42,386 bases of DNA. Origin: Octopus bimaculoides (lineage: Eukaryota). This document shows positions 10,866 to 23,050 of this stretch, piece by piece (position 1 is the first letter of the stretch; each line of letters starts with the position of its first letter). The position numbers and the translations under genes were made by a program. Location of the stretch: positions 26,848,427 to 26,890,812 of the forward strand of contig NC_068999.1 of the NCBI RefSeq assembly GCF_001194135.2. Reading direction: 5' to 3'. The notes beneath the pieces were generated by a model, which was given only the letters and a program-made list of their open reading frames with translations, was not told the DNA's origin and did not search any database.

Positions 10866-11066
10866 NNNNNNNNNNNNNNNNNNNNNNNNNNNNNNNNNNN
10901 NNNNNNNNNNNNNNNNNNNNNNNNNNNNNNNNNNNNNNNNNNNNNNNNNNNNNNNNNNNNNNNNNNNNNNNNNNNNNNNNNNNNNNNNNNNNNNNNNNNN
11001 NNNNNNNNNNNNNNNNNNNNNNNNNNNNNNNNNNNNNNNNNNNNNNNNNNNNNNNNNNNNNNNNNN
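10866..11066. other. Assembly gap between (TA)n and (ATCT)n(GTCT)n microsatellites; other gaps at 653-662, 21758-21767, 35658-35739
   Basis: Runs of N. Confidence 0.99.
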
Positions 11067-11168
<102 letters not shown>

Positions 11169-12364
11169 GTTGATGTTCAGTACTAGGCCTGTCTTGATCT
11201 AATAGAGCTATGATCACAGACATGATTCCGGCCGTGACCATTCCCTTTGTTCTGTATTTCCGAAGTATCATTATCTAAAATCGCAAGGTGTAATATCAAG
11301 GTGGATTGGCTACACTTCTAGCAGGTCAAGCACATCAGAATAGTTGTTTTAAGCTTGGATATTTTTCCCCTTATTCAATGCAAATGTTATGATTGACGTC
11401 AAGAATATTATTAACAAAGGCTGCAAATAACAAACAACACCCCACAAAGCAATTATAAATACACCAAAATCAAATTTCTCTTTTAAGCTTACATTTGAAT
11501 ATTGAAAACAGATTTTACTTCTGGTGATGTCTTGTAAAAAATAACTTGACATGAAGACTAATGAAGCAACGTTAACTGCAGCATAATACATATTCTACCA
11601 TTAACGCCGTCGCCACAATCACCACCATTAAACTACAGCTATCATTCAAATGAACATTTGCATCAGTTTAAGTTACAAGTCACGTCTCAAATCATTTCGA
11701 ACTAAACAAATTTAGCAGTTGATCAGATATGAGGTGTCGGAAAAGCTGAGTGGAGGCGGCGCTGATGTTTTAGTTAAAGAATTTTGGGGCTGTATTTTTT
11801 TCACGCTTCCTGTGCTATGGAAGTAGTGATTCACTTAACCGGTAAAAAAGAAAAAAGATATAGAGTGTACGAGGAAGAAAGAAAGAGAGACACAATGAGA
11901 CGGTAGGAAGAAAAAGTTAGTTAATAGTTTCAGTATGTCTGTTCACCTTGGTGTATATTGTGTTAAACAGATGGGACACAAAGCACAAACTATCCGTTGG
12001 ATTGTATGATAGAAAACATAAGAAATTTGTGTACCTATTCCTGAACGATGTCTACTTTATATAATGGTAAACAAATACTTTACTTTATGATCAGGAGGAA
12101 TCGGTAAGTGTTATTGTGAGGAACGTGTGATCGAATTTAAAGAATCAGTTATTATTGATACGACAGTGCTAGTGCTACCAAATCTCTCAAAATATGTTAG
12201 ACTTCAGAATGTAGTTACCGTAAGCATGTGAAGTACCGGTGGTTTAATATTCCTTTCGTAATTCTGCCACCGATGATCTACTGTGTATCTGTTATTGAAT
12301 TGTCTTTCACAAAATGAACAGAGAATTAAAAGATACTACCAGTCATGAATTTACTTGTAATTTA

Positions 12365-12711
12365 CTGTTACTCTTTTACTCTTTTACTTGTTTCAGCCAT
12401 TTGACTGCGGCCATGCTGGAGCACCGCCTTTAGTCGAGCAAATCGACCCCAGGACTTATCCTTTGTAAGCCTAGTACTTATTCTATCGGTCTCTTTTGCC
12501 GAACCACTAAGTGACGGAGACATAAACACACCAGCATTGGTTGTCAAGCAATGCTAGGGAGACAAACACAGACACACACACACATATATATATACATATA
12601 TACGAGGAGCTTCTTTCAGTTTCCGTCTACCAAATCCACGCAGTGGGACTGAACCCGGAACCATGTGGTTGGTAAGCAAGCCACTTACCACACAGCCACT
12701 CCTGCGCCTAT
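12365..12711 (-). mobile_element. tRNA-derived SINE family C, probably internally deleted
   Basis: Head GGCGCAGGAGTGGCTGTGTGGTAAG...GGTTCAGTCCC with A/B boxes, internal TA/TG microsatellite, tail CCAGCATGGCCGCAGTCAAATGGCTGAAACAAG(TAAAAGAG)n. Confidence 0.85.
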
Positions 12712-14003
12712 GGTGAAGATGGCAAAAAATGTTCTGCAGATAAATCTCTTTACTTTTCAATCAATAGTTACTGATTTAGCTATATTGATGTAAACTAAAT
12801 GAAAATATTAATTAGCTGAAAAATATTTTGTCGGAACCCCATCATGTAATATCTCAAGAGCGTATCTGTCTTGCTGAATACAGAACAATACAGAGAAATT
12901 GAAGTGAAATGACCTAAGATTCGAACCTGATAGGATCGATTCAGTAACCGATGATACTCATGTCTAAGTAATTGACGACCGTGTGTATTTTTCAACTGGC
13001 CGAGTGTGCCAGAGTAACTTCAGATAATTTTTATTTGACTTTTCTATTTTTCCTAATCTTCTCTGGTATGACTTTCATAGTCACTTATCCAATCCTGTTT
13101 TTTTTTTACCACACCTTCCTTTTTCTATTTTGTATGTAATTTTCAAATTTCCCCTCATTCATGTTTTCCCAAAAGACAATTAGGGAACGATTATACCAAC
13201 AACAGTAGCAAAGACGGTAATTTATCACAAGAATGACACATGAAATCTGTAACGGAAGGAAACAGCTTTTGATGCCATCGTAAATTTCCAACATGCACAA
13301 ACCTCTGAAACGAAAAGTCATCATCTTCGAATTCTGAAAAGTATCAACTGTTATTATAATTTTAGTTTTCATCTATTTATCACTGAAACTTACACACAAA
13401 TGTGCACGAAGAGCAGTATCTGCTAACTTAGGTAAATGGGTTGCTTTGACTTTCATACATTTCTCAGATGGATTACAAGTAAAATTTAAGTAAAACAAAA
13501 ATTCAAATCAGAATCGAAGCTGTATTAACACAGTAATTAATTGTATTATAGAGTCTCTTTGCCAGGAGCTTGCTTCTATTTTCAACATCAGTTGCTTGAA
13601 TTATTGATGTTATTTCCACAGAAAGAAATGATGAAAACTACAGCTCTAGAATTTTGTGCAGAAGAGTAAAAACTGGAAATCGCAGAGCTGATATCTCAGA
13701 GAAGCTATTCCGTGTGGCATTCGAAACTATGTCATCGGCTTTGCTAATCAAGTATCACACTCATGCATTCCATTAAAAAAAATAATAATTAGGCCAGTTT
13801 TGCTGAGACGCTTGCAACATTCTAGCAGTACATTTGATTTGGATGTCACGCATATTTTAAGTATTCGTATTATTAACCGAGATAATCATAAAAATATCAA
13901 GCATGTATTTATTATTTATTTGATAACAGATTATTAATTCTAAATTCACATTGAAACAGCTCCAGTTTCTATTTTCAGTTTTAATCAATTATGATAGAGG
14001 GAA

Positions 14004-14007
<4 letters not shown>

Positions 14008-14069
<62 letters not shown>
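14008..14069. repeat. (GA)n microsatellite
   Basis: Dinucleotide run. Confidence 0.97.
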
Positions 14070-15019
14070 GTTTTTGCTTACCTTTCTTTCCTTTTAATAA
14101 TAATTTGTTCATAAAATAATATTTTTTCATGCTGATATTTCCCCCATAACATTGACACAATTGAAAGAATTATGCGAAGAATAAGAAAACATACAAAAGC
14201 ATAATTTTATTGCAAATTGATTCTTAGCCAAGGCAGAAATGGTTCATTCACACAGTTTTGCTCTCATTATGAAAGATTGCAAAGAGAATCTCACCATCAA
14301 TTGTCAAGAAATATGACCGACAGTGATTCATTCAACAAACAGCCATCAAAAAGGATATTTGATGCGTCTAATGAACCATATAATGGTTCCTCGCATTCCA
14401 TTTAATTTTTAACAACAAGAAAGCAATAAATATTTTAATGACATATTTATAGGGTCTAGTACAGTAGGCGCTTGTGTTGAATGCTAAGCATCTCACGAAA
14501 CCAACACATGCAGCATTCAGACACAAAACTGATGGCATATATCACATATTCATTTTATTGTAGATAATATTACAATACTCTATAGAGAGTAGCAGAATAT
14601 AATGACTGAGACACTCTACATTACAAGAGAAAGCAACCGTTCAATGTTCAGTTGCTGTATAGAGCGACATTTATTTCTGAAAGGCTTACTTTATCTTTTT
14701 ATGAATTCAACAAAAATATACTAGTAACCACATTTTTTGATAACAAAATTCTGTTGATTCATTCTGCCCCACACACTCCCGAAAAAAAGGGGAAAAATGA
14801 AGGAAATGTGTACTAATTTTTGTGGAAAATTTCATTTGTACATGATTTCCATGACCTGTTAGATAGCAAAGAAAAATTGTGCCTTCGAGCTTACTTTTCA
14901 CATATGAAACTCATTGCAGAATTTACTATCAATACCTTCCTGCTCATGAGCGGAAATTTTTGCACTGGTAGAATACAGACGTGTAGCGCACACTTGTCGG
15001 ATTGTCGTTTTCACACAAG

Positions 15020-15719
15020 ATTGCCGAACGCATCGAGCAGAGATATTGCATCAAGTTTTGCCAAAAGCTTGGAGATACTCAAGCTCAAAGCATCCAGAAA
15101 ATTCAGCAGGCCTTTTAGCGGATCAAAGAGTGGTACAACCGCTTCAAATATGGCCGCATCTCAGTGGAGAGCAAGGCACGCTTAGGTAGACCATCCACAA
15201 GCCGAAATGAGGAGCTGATTGAAAATATTCGATGAATAATCATGGAAGATCGTTATATAACGGTTCAGGAAATTACTCACAAAGTGGGAATAAGCAGAGG
15301 ATCAGTTCACTCCATTTTAACAGAGTATTTGTGCATGCGGAGAGTGTCTGCAAAAAATAAAGTCGGATACGTTTTGGAACGCACCAAGTAATCCAAGCTT
15401 TCTTGGTCAAGAACAACACGCCACTTGTTCGACAGGCTCTCTATTCTCCTGACTTAGCACCCTGTGGCTTCTGTTTTTTCACAAACAGAAAACCACGCTG
15501 AAAGGGAAGCGATTTGAATCGTGCAATGAAATTATGAGAAATGCGACGGTGGAGCTCCATAGCATTCCACGAAGGCGCTCCAGAGGTGTTACCAGCAGTA
15601 GCATAACCGTTGGGGAGATGTATGTGAACTTCCAAAGGGAGTTTGTTGAAGGTGAATAAATAAAATTTGTGAAATGTACAAAATTATCCAAATGTTGCAT
15701 ATTTTTTCAACGCACCTCC
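15020..15719 (+). mobile_element. mariner transposon, internally deleted
   Basis: EQRYCIKFCQKLG, KEWYNRFKYGRISVE...GRPSTS, EDRYITVQEI...GISRGSVHSIL...RRVSAK (paired HTH domains), then QALYSPDLAPCGF. Right TIR-like end TTTTCAACGCACCTCC|TA. Left TIR not recognised. Confidence 0.85.
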
Positions 15720-17232
15720 TATATCAATATGCCTATCTACAAAAACCAAGGCATATATAAAACAATCGTACCCAAGTATAAAAGATATTGTAAATATAAA
15801 TGTTGAAGGTGTATAATCAAGTTTTCAGAAAAACTCATTCTTTTTATTCGCAAGTAAAATGTTTACTCGCAATCCGTTATAAAACTTTTTATTCGCACAC
15901 TGAAACAATTAACATTGATTTTTCTTGTAAAAGAAAACTGTTTTCCTCAAGTCAATATCATTTGTTAACACAAAAAGAGTTTTCTTTATTTTGATATATA
16001 TATATGTTAGTGGATATAATCATCCAGTTTCACCGATATTTTCTTTATTTATTTTCTGAGCTAATGCTGAATCATGGCTTTCTGTTCTGTTTTGTTTCGA
16101 AAGAAAGACGCCATTGAAGTGCGATTGAATTATTTTCTCAACGAAAGGAAAAGTTTTCTTTTCCCTGATGCAACATTTTTGATATTAAGTTTGGAGCTTC
16201 CAAAGGTTTCAATTACCTCACCTCGAAAGGGCTTTTGTAGAAGAAATATCTTTGAAAATATCATAAAAATATTAATGTGAAATGTGAAATCAATAACAAT
16301 AGCAGATGGCATCGTAAGTCACAGTTTTGAAGAAAAACCTTTTTCTAATATGTCACTAGAGCCAGACATATTAGAACAGACATTTCCTAATTTACACTTT
16401 AGTTACTATGTATTTACAACTTTGTAGTGTTTAAGTAGAGATATTTTTCTACTGCAAAAAAACCTATTTTGTACGGTCACTTTTCTAGCAGCTGTCAGTT
16501 TAAGAGCTTCTGTAGAAGTATTGTAAGATGCCGTTTTTCCAGTTTACTCGTAGGTTAGCATTGATTTGACAAAGATCAAGATGTTTCATCATTGAATGTG
16601 CTATATTTTATTCACACATTGTGTATTTTAGATTGCATTAGTCAATGTGTTCTTCCTACCACACAGTCAACCAACTACACATGAGGCTCATCATTTTGTT
16701 GTTTTCAGGTACATTATAAATTGTCACATTTAGTATGTATGAAGTACAGATGTAGCCAAATTCTACTGCATGTATCCTCCATAGATCATACTTGTACTCT
16801 ATTTTTGCATACTCATAAAACTTTAGAATCCGATACAAATAGCGTTCGATTTTTAATATAGTATAGTACATATATTTTATTGATTTAGTACGAAATAAAA
16901 AGGTGAGCTTCAATATTTGTCGACTATATTTCAAACTCATCACTTTTGAAAACAATTTTCTCAAGAAGAAGAAAAAAAAATCAATATCAAACCCGACGGT
17001 ATTTGAAGTCCAAAACACAAAGGAATATATACAGTAGTAGCAGTATTTAAACGATATACTTAAATACTGCCAAGCAATTTGTCCACTGATCTATCGTTTC
17101 TGACATCACCAGATCTAATAGATTCCTCACATAATTACATGGCCAGAAAGAAAGGTGTCCAAGTACTTTATTGGTTATTTATATCGATCTCAGAAAGATG
17201 CAAGTCAAAATAAACCTTCATAGTATTGAAAG

Positions 17233-17390
17233 TCGGCAAGTTGCTCAACTGGAACTTATTTCATCGACCCCAAAAGGATGAAAGTCAAAGTCGACCGCGG
17301 TGGAATTTGAAGTCAGAACGTAAAGCCGGAAGAAATACCGCTAAGCATTTTGCCCGACACTCTAACGATTCTCCCAGATCGATGTTTTAA
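17233..17390 (-). mobile_element. SINE family A, lacking its 3' tail
   Basis: Reverse complement of the SINE-A body (AGAATCGTTAG...GTCGACTTTG). Confidence 0.85.
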
Positions 17391-17404
17391 TAATCATAAT
17401 GACA

Positions 17405-17525
17405 ATCATTTCTGTTATAGACACAAAACCTGAAATCTTGAAGGAAGGGGTTAGACCTCTGCATTTGATTGGTCCTTATTTCATCGACCTGCCAGCTAGT
17501 AACGATCCTGCCACCAGCTCACCGC
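17405..17525 (-). mobile_element. SINE family A, internally deleted
   Basis: Tail (TTTCTGTTATAGACACAAAACCTGAAAT) and head (CTGCCACCAGCTCACCGC) present, middle missing. Confidence 0.7.
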
Positions 17526-17584
<59 letters not shown>

Positions 17585-17592
17585 TAATAATA
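17526..17592. repeat. (AAT)n microsatellite
   Basis: Triplet run immediately upstream of a Dong-like copy. Confidence 0.97.
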
Positions 17593-20450
17593 AAACTAAT
17601 GGTGACATCACAGATCGGTAAAAGGTAATCTACGACAGAATAAAGGCGAGCCTACAGGAGAACGATAGCGACATTATTTACAACATTAAAAAGGTTGATC
17701 GGTGGAAATTGGACCAAGAAATGAAAAACGTGAATGAAATTCTGAAATACATCAGAACAAAAAAAACATCACAGTAACAAACAATTTGATCAAGGCAACA
17801 AGTATTGTCGTAGGAGAAAATATGGTTGTTGATGTCAGGAAAAAGAGATATAATGGGGTGACAAAAGAAAAAATCCATGGTGGAAAAGAAGAATACAAAC
17901 GGAGTTAGATATGCTCTCGAAGGACATTTCTGTGTTAGACCGAAGAGAGAAAGGGGAGCTTAAAAGTGAACAAAAATACAGGGCATTTAACAGGAAGTAT
18001 GATATTGAAAGAAAGGGCCTGAAAGTGGTAATGGAGGAACTGAAACAGCGCCACGTTGCAAAGAAAAATATGACCAAAGAAAGAAGGGATACCAGCAGAA
18101 TAGGTTATTCAGAGTAGATCAGAAGAAATTCTACAAAGAAACAAATGGTGAGTGTACAGATGAAAGGTTGATACCAGATGACATTGAAAGTCAAAGGTTT
18201 TGGAGTGACATCTGGAGCAAAGACAAGGAGCACAAGAAGGATGTTGAATGGTTGCAGGAACTGAAACAAACAGTACTCTATCCAAAACAGGCAGAACCAG
18301 TCATTTCAGTTAAAGAAGTGAAGGAAATCAGCAAAAGATGGGCAACTGGGAGACCTCGGGACAAGATAGAGTTCTAGGCTACTGGATCAAAACATCTGGT
18401 GAATGTCATGCAGGAAAAGCTGCACAACTCAACACCTTGTGAAATGCCGACCAAGTAATACCAGAGTGGTTGACAATGGGTAGGACAGTGCTGTGTTTTT
18501 GAAAAACATCGAAAAAAGGCAATACAGTAAACAATTACAAGCCGATATCCTGCTTGCCACTTATGTGGAAGTTATTAACTGGAATAGTCGCAGAGTCGAT
18601 GAACGGACATCTGGAAAAAAAGTGGAGTCCTGCCACATGAGCAGAAGGGTTGCAGGCGTAAGTGCATAAGTACCAAGGATCAACACCTGGTAGACAAAAC
18701 TGTACTTACAGATTGCAAGAAGAGGAAAACTAACTTAGCTATGCCATGGATCGACTATCGTAAGGCGTACGATATGATCTCACATTCTTGGATCATGAAA
18801 TGTATGAACCTATTTGGTATTGCATCGAATGTTGAGCGATTGCTTGGAAAAGTATGGTGAAGTGGAGGACGGAACTGACAGCATACGGAAGAAGTTTAGG
18901 AACAATAGAAATCAGGAGAGGCATCTTCCAAGGCGACTGCCTGTCCTCGCTGATCTTTGTACTGTACATGATGCCACTAACACTGATTCTGAGGAAAGCA
19001 AAGGCTGGCTATGTATCCAAGAGCCGCCACGAGAAAGTCAACCACTTGTTATTCATGGATGACCTCAAACTATAAGGTAAAGATGAATCCCAAGTCAGTT
19101 CCTTCGTTGGTACGGCGTATACTTTCAGTGCTGATATCCAAATGGAGTTCGGACTGAAAAAGTGTAGTGTGTTAGTCTTGAAGAGAAACAAAATTAAATG
19201 TTAGCTATGCCGTCGGGGGAGGTTATGAAGCAGATAGAAGAGACGGGCTGTAAATTCTTGAGGATACTGGAAATGGATAAATTGATGGAGAAAGAAATGA
19301 CAGAAAAATTTAAGGTGGAGTACTCGCGCAGACTGAAACTGATCCTTAAGTTGAAATTAAACGGAGGGAATAAAATTGAAGCTATCAACACCTGGGCGAG
19401 ACTGTATGCATCAAGAAAAAGAGAGGGAAGAGGACTGATCGGATGCAAACACAGCATTAGAGCAGAAGAAAACAACATAGCCTAGTATGTAAAAAATGCC
19501 ACAGAACCACTTATTATTGGAAATAAGAAGGTCAGGTTTGTGTAGGATGGAAGATTGCAAAGATAAAACAGTGTACAAGCACTTGAGAATGAATGAAATT
19601 GAAAATAGGTGGATAAAGAAAAGAATGCATGGCCAGTTTCATAGGGATGTTGAAGATAAGACAGATAGAAAAAAGATGGCTGTGGATGACTAAAAGTGAT
19701 TTAAAACCGGAAATGGAGGATCTAATCTGTGCTGCCCAAAGCAAGCATAAGAACCAATTACATCAAATACAAAATAGACAACACATCAGAAAGTGATAAG
19801 TGAAGAATTTATGGACAAAATGGTGAAACTGTATGACATATTACCAGTCAATGTACGCCACTAGCCCAGAAAGAATATAAGAGATGTCATGACAACATAG
19901 CAAAGATTGTCCATTGGACATTTTGCACCAAGTATGGACTTAACAGAGAAAAAAGGTGGTACAAGCATAAACCCGAAGGCATCATCGATAATGCAAAGAT
20001 TCTATGGGATCTTATGATTCAGTGCGAGCATGAGATAGAGAATAGGAAGCCAGATATAGTGTTAATTGAGAAAGAAAGCAAACTATGCTGGATCATAGAT
20101 ATAGCATGCCCAAGGTATGCGATAAGGAAGAAAGAAAGGTCGATAGATATGACAAGTTAGCATGGGAGGTTAAGCAGTTGTAGTTGAGGAAAAAAAGTGG
20201 CAGTAGTACCAGTAATTGTTGGAGCCCTGGGAACTGTGAGTAAAAATCTTGAGAACTGCATGTAACAAATAGGAGCTGCAATAAGGGTGGAGCACTTACT
20301 TGCAGAAAACAACACTGCTTGGAACCGCTCGAATACTCCGGTTGGTGCTCGAAAAATAAGGGGTGTTACCTTAGTTCACCGGTAGTGAACGGCTGACACC
20401 GTAGTACATATCCAGCGTTAGAAGCTATGCAAAGACAATAATAATAATAA
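17593..20450 (+). mobile_element. R4/Dong-like non-LTR retrotransposon, longest copy, decayed
   Basis: [88 protein letters not shown], 3'UTR then (TAA)n. Internal deletion after AINTWA. Confidence 0.92.
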
Positions 20451-21680
20451 TTGTAAAGGAAGCTGGTAAATTCGCAAGGGAACTTGGCATTAACTATAAC
20501 ATATTTGAAGTACTTGAAACCACTGTCCCAAAACAAGCAAAATGGATCAAACAGACTGAAAAAAGAAAAGAACGGACAGGAACATTGAGGAGCGGTGAGC
20601 CAGAAGCCTCTGCATGGACAGTATATACTTCAAAGTCGGAATGTTGATGTAGATCAAGCAACAACCCGTCAGTGGCTGAGAAGTTCAGGACAGGAGGTTT
20701 TATATTGGCGGCACAAGGTCAAAGCTTACTCACAAAAACTACCAGGCTAACATTCTTCAAAACGGTTCTAACCCTAAATGCAGATTCTGCAACACATTTG
20801 ACGAAACAATAGACCATCCCGTCTCGGGATGTCCTGTGCTGACACCAAACGAATACAAAAATCAAGACAGTATTTACATTGGAAAATATATAAACACTGC
20901 AAAATCAGCACTCCACTATTCTCTGGGATTTTCCAGTCAACACTGACACAACGATCCAAGTTAATCAGCCAGATATAATTATTAAAGACAGGGAAGAAAA
21001 TACTTGTAAACTAGTAGATGTGAGTGTTCCCACTGATAAAAATATATGTCACGGAATTTGACAAACTAAGTAAATATAAGGACCTGGAAATTGAAATACA
21101 AAAGATGTGGCATCTTAAAACGAGAACTGTTCCTGTTATTGTAGGTGCCCTAGGTATGATAAGAAAGGGATGTCAGAAACATCTAGATAAGCTCCCAGTA
21201 GAACCATGTCTCAGAGAAATCCAAACGATTGTACTAACAAGTACCGCCCACATCCTTAGAAAAACCCTATCCATTTAAATGTCTGTGCTGTATCACATGA
21301 AGATATTTCTCTACTTTTCCTCCCAAGCTTTCAGTCATGCTGTAACATCATTTATCCTTCACTCACCCTAGGACACTAGGTGTGTCACGGCAAGTTACAA
21401 ATATGATGAAAAAGGGATGTCAGTAACATCTAGATAAGATCTCAGGAGAACCATGTCGCAGAGAAATCCAAAAGATTGAGCTGAGAAGAACTGCCCACAT
21501 CCTTAGAAAAACCGTACCCATTTAAATGTATGTGTTGTATTACTTGAAGATATTGAGCTACCGCCCCTCCCTAAGCTTTCAGTCATATTATAACATCTCT
21601 TATCCTTCACTTGCCCCAGGATGCTGGGTGTGTCTCGGGATGTGACTGTAACAAACATGCAGATTAAAAGTAAAATAATA
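20451..21680 (+). mobile_element. R4/Dong-like 3' fragment with tandemly duplicated 3' end
   Basis: KCRFCNTFDETIDHPVSGC (CCHC), QPDIIIKD, LVDVSVP, SKYKDLEIEIQKMW, TSTAHILRKTLSI*. The last ~247 bp are repeated, then TAA/GAT tail. Confidence 0.9.
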
Positions 21681-22619
21681 ATTATAATAATGATGATGAT
21701 GATGATGATGATGATAATAATAATAATAATAATTAAACCTTAGGAGAGGCATTATGCNNNNNNNNNNTGGTTCAGTCCTTTATTAATTTATACACATACA
21801 AAAAAAAAAAAAAAAAAAAAAATTTCTTAACAGCCTGTAGAAACTTTAAAAAATATGGGATTTATAATATATGTAGAGCTGTACAAAGTTATGTAAGGAC
21901 GAAGAGAGGGGTAAAGACGTTATACAGTAGACAGGTTTAAAATTTGATAAAACCAAACAGATTAAGTAAAAAATAATAAAAACACAATGATTAAAACAAA
22001 ATATAATAATGTTGCATAAAAAATTAAGGCTACTCACTCGTTAGGTCGAGTCGAAGTTCCACGTTTCTGCTCACCCACAACACAATGTATATTTCTCGGG
22101 GATCTTTGATGTCAATTCGAGTCAAAATTTGGGCTTTTCTTCCAGCTTTCTGGAAGTTTGCTGAGATGACTGTTTTGGTCTTTCTTTTTTCTCTCCTGTC
22201 TTTCATTCCTCCCGGGACTGTATTTGATCCCAATACTCACACTAGGATGAGGACCTCAGCATCGTCTGCCTCTGACATCAAACAGGGTGTAACTTCCTCT
22301 GTCAACTTCAGATTGACAGAAGATTCCTTGAAATTGTTTGTTACTGGAACATGGACGAGGTGGAGATTTTGGTTTTCATCGGAGCTGCAACTGGTGGTGC
22401 GATTGGTTGGCGATCCTTGCTTGTTGAATTGTTGACACTGTTGTTCGATGCCATTACAAATGAAGTAGAGAAAGATGTTCAAAAAAGGTGTTCTTTAAGT
22501 GACCGTCAATGAAATAAAACGAAATTGCCTTGTAAGTTCTTTTACATGACATAAAACAAGAAATCCGAACTCAGCACAAAAAAATCTTGGAAACCTTTGA
22601 ATCCAAATACCAATAGCAA

Positions 22620-22790
22620 GAGAGAAAGAGGGAGAGAGAGAAAGAGAAAGAGAGAGAGAGAGAGAGAGATAGAAAGGGAGAGAGGGGGGATAGAGAGTGA
22701 GAGAGAAAGAAGAAACACGTTGTGTAAGTAAACAACGTCAACGACGACGACGATAATGATGATAACAACAACAACAGCAATAATGAGTTC
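22620..22790. repeat. Degenerate (GA)n followed by GAC/GAT/AAC triplets
   Basis: Direct reading. Confidence 0.9.
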
Positions 22791-22931
22791 GATGATGGTC
22801 GTTATTCCTACGCTACATTAAATCGATATAAGCAGGGACTATATGTGCAAAATGATGATCTAATCCCGTGAATATTGTAATGGTTCAGTTCTGCAACGGT
22901 TTATCAAGCTTTGCAGTAAACTCAAACTTTT

Positions 22932-22984
22932 ATACATACATACATACATACATACATACATACATACATACATACATACCTACA

Positions 22985-23016
<32 letters not shown>

Positions 23017-23050
23017 CATACACACACTTATCTCTATACACACACATACG
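22932..23050. repeat. (ATAC)n(GCAC)n(CA)n compound microsatellite
   Basis: Direct reading. Confidence 0.95.

Noticed and set aside
11349-11591. Hydrophobic 80-aa ORF and a possible 38-nt mini-exon (TSPEVKSVFNIQ, GTAAGC donor)
   Set aside because: No recognisable family, a weak AAG acceptor, and expected by chance in AT-rich DNA.
14217-14405. 62-aa ORF followed by AATAAA, resembling a terminal exon
   Set aside because: No homology or linked upstream exon can be supported.
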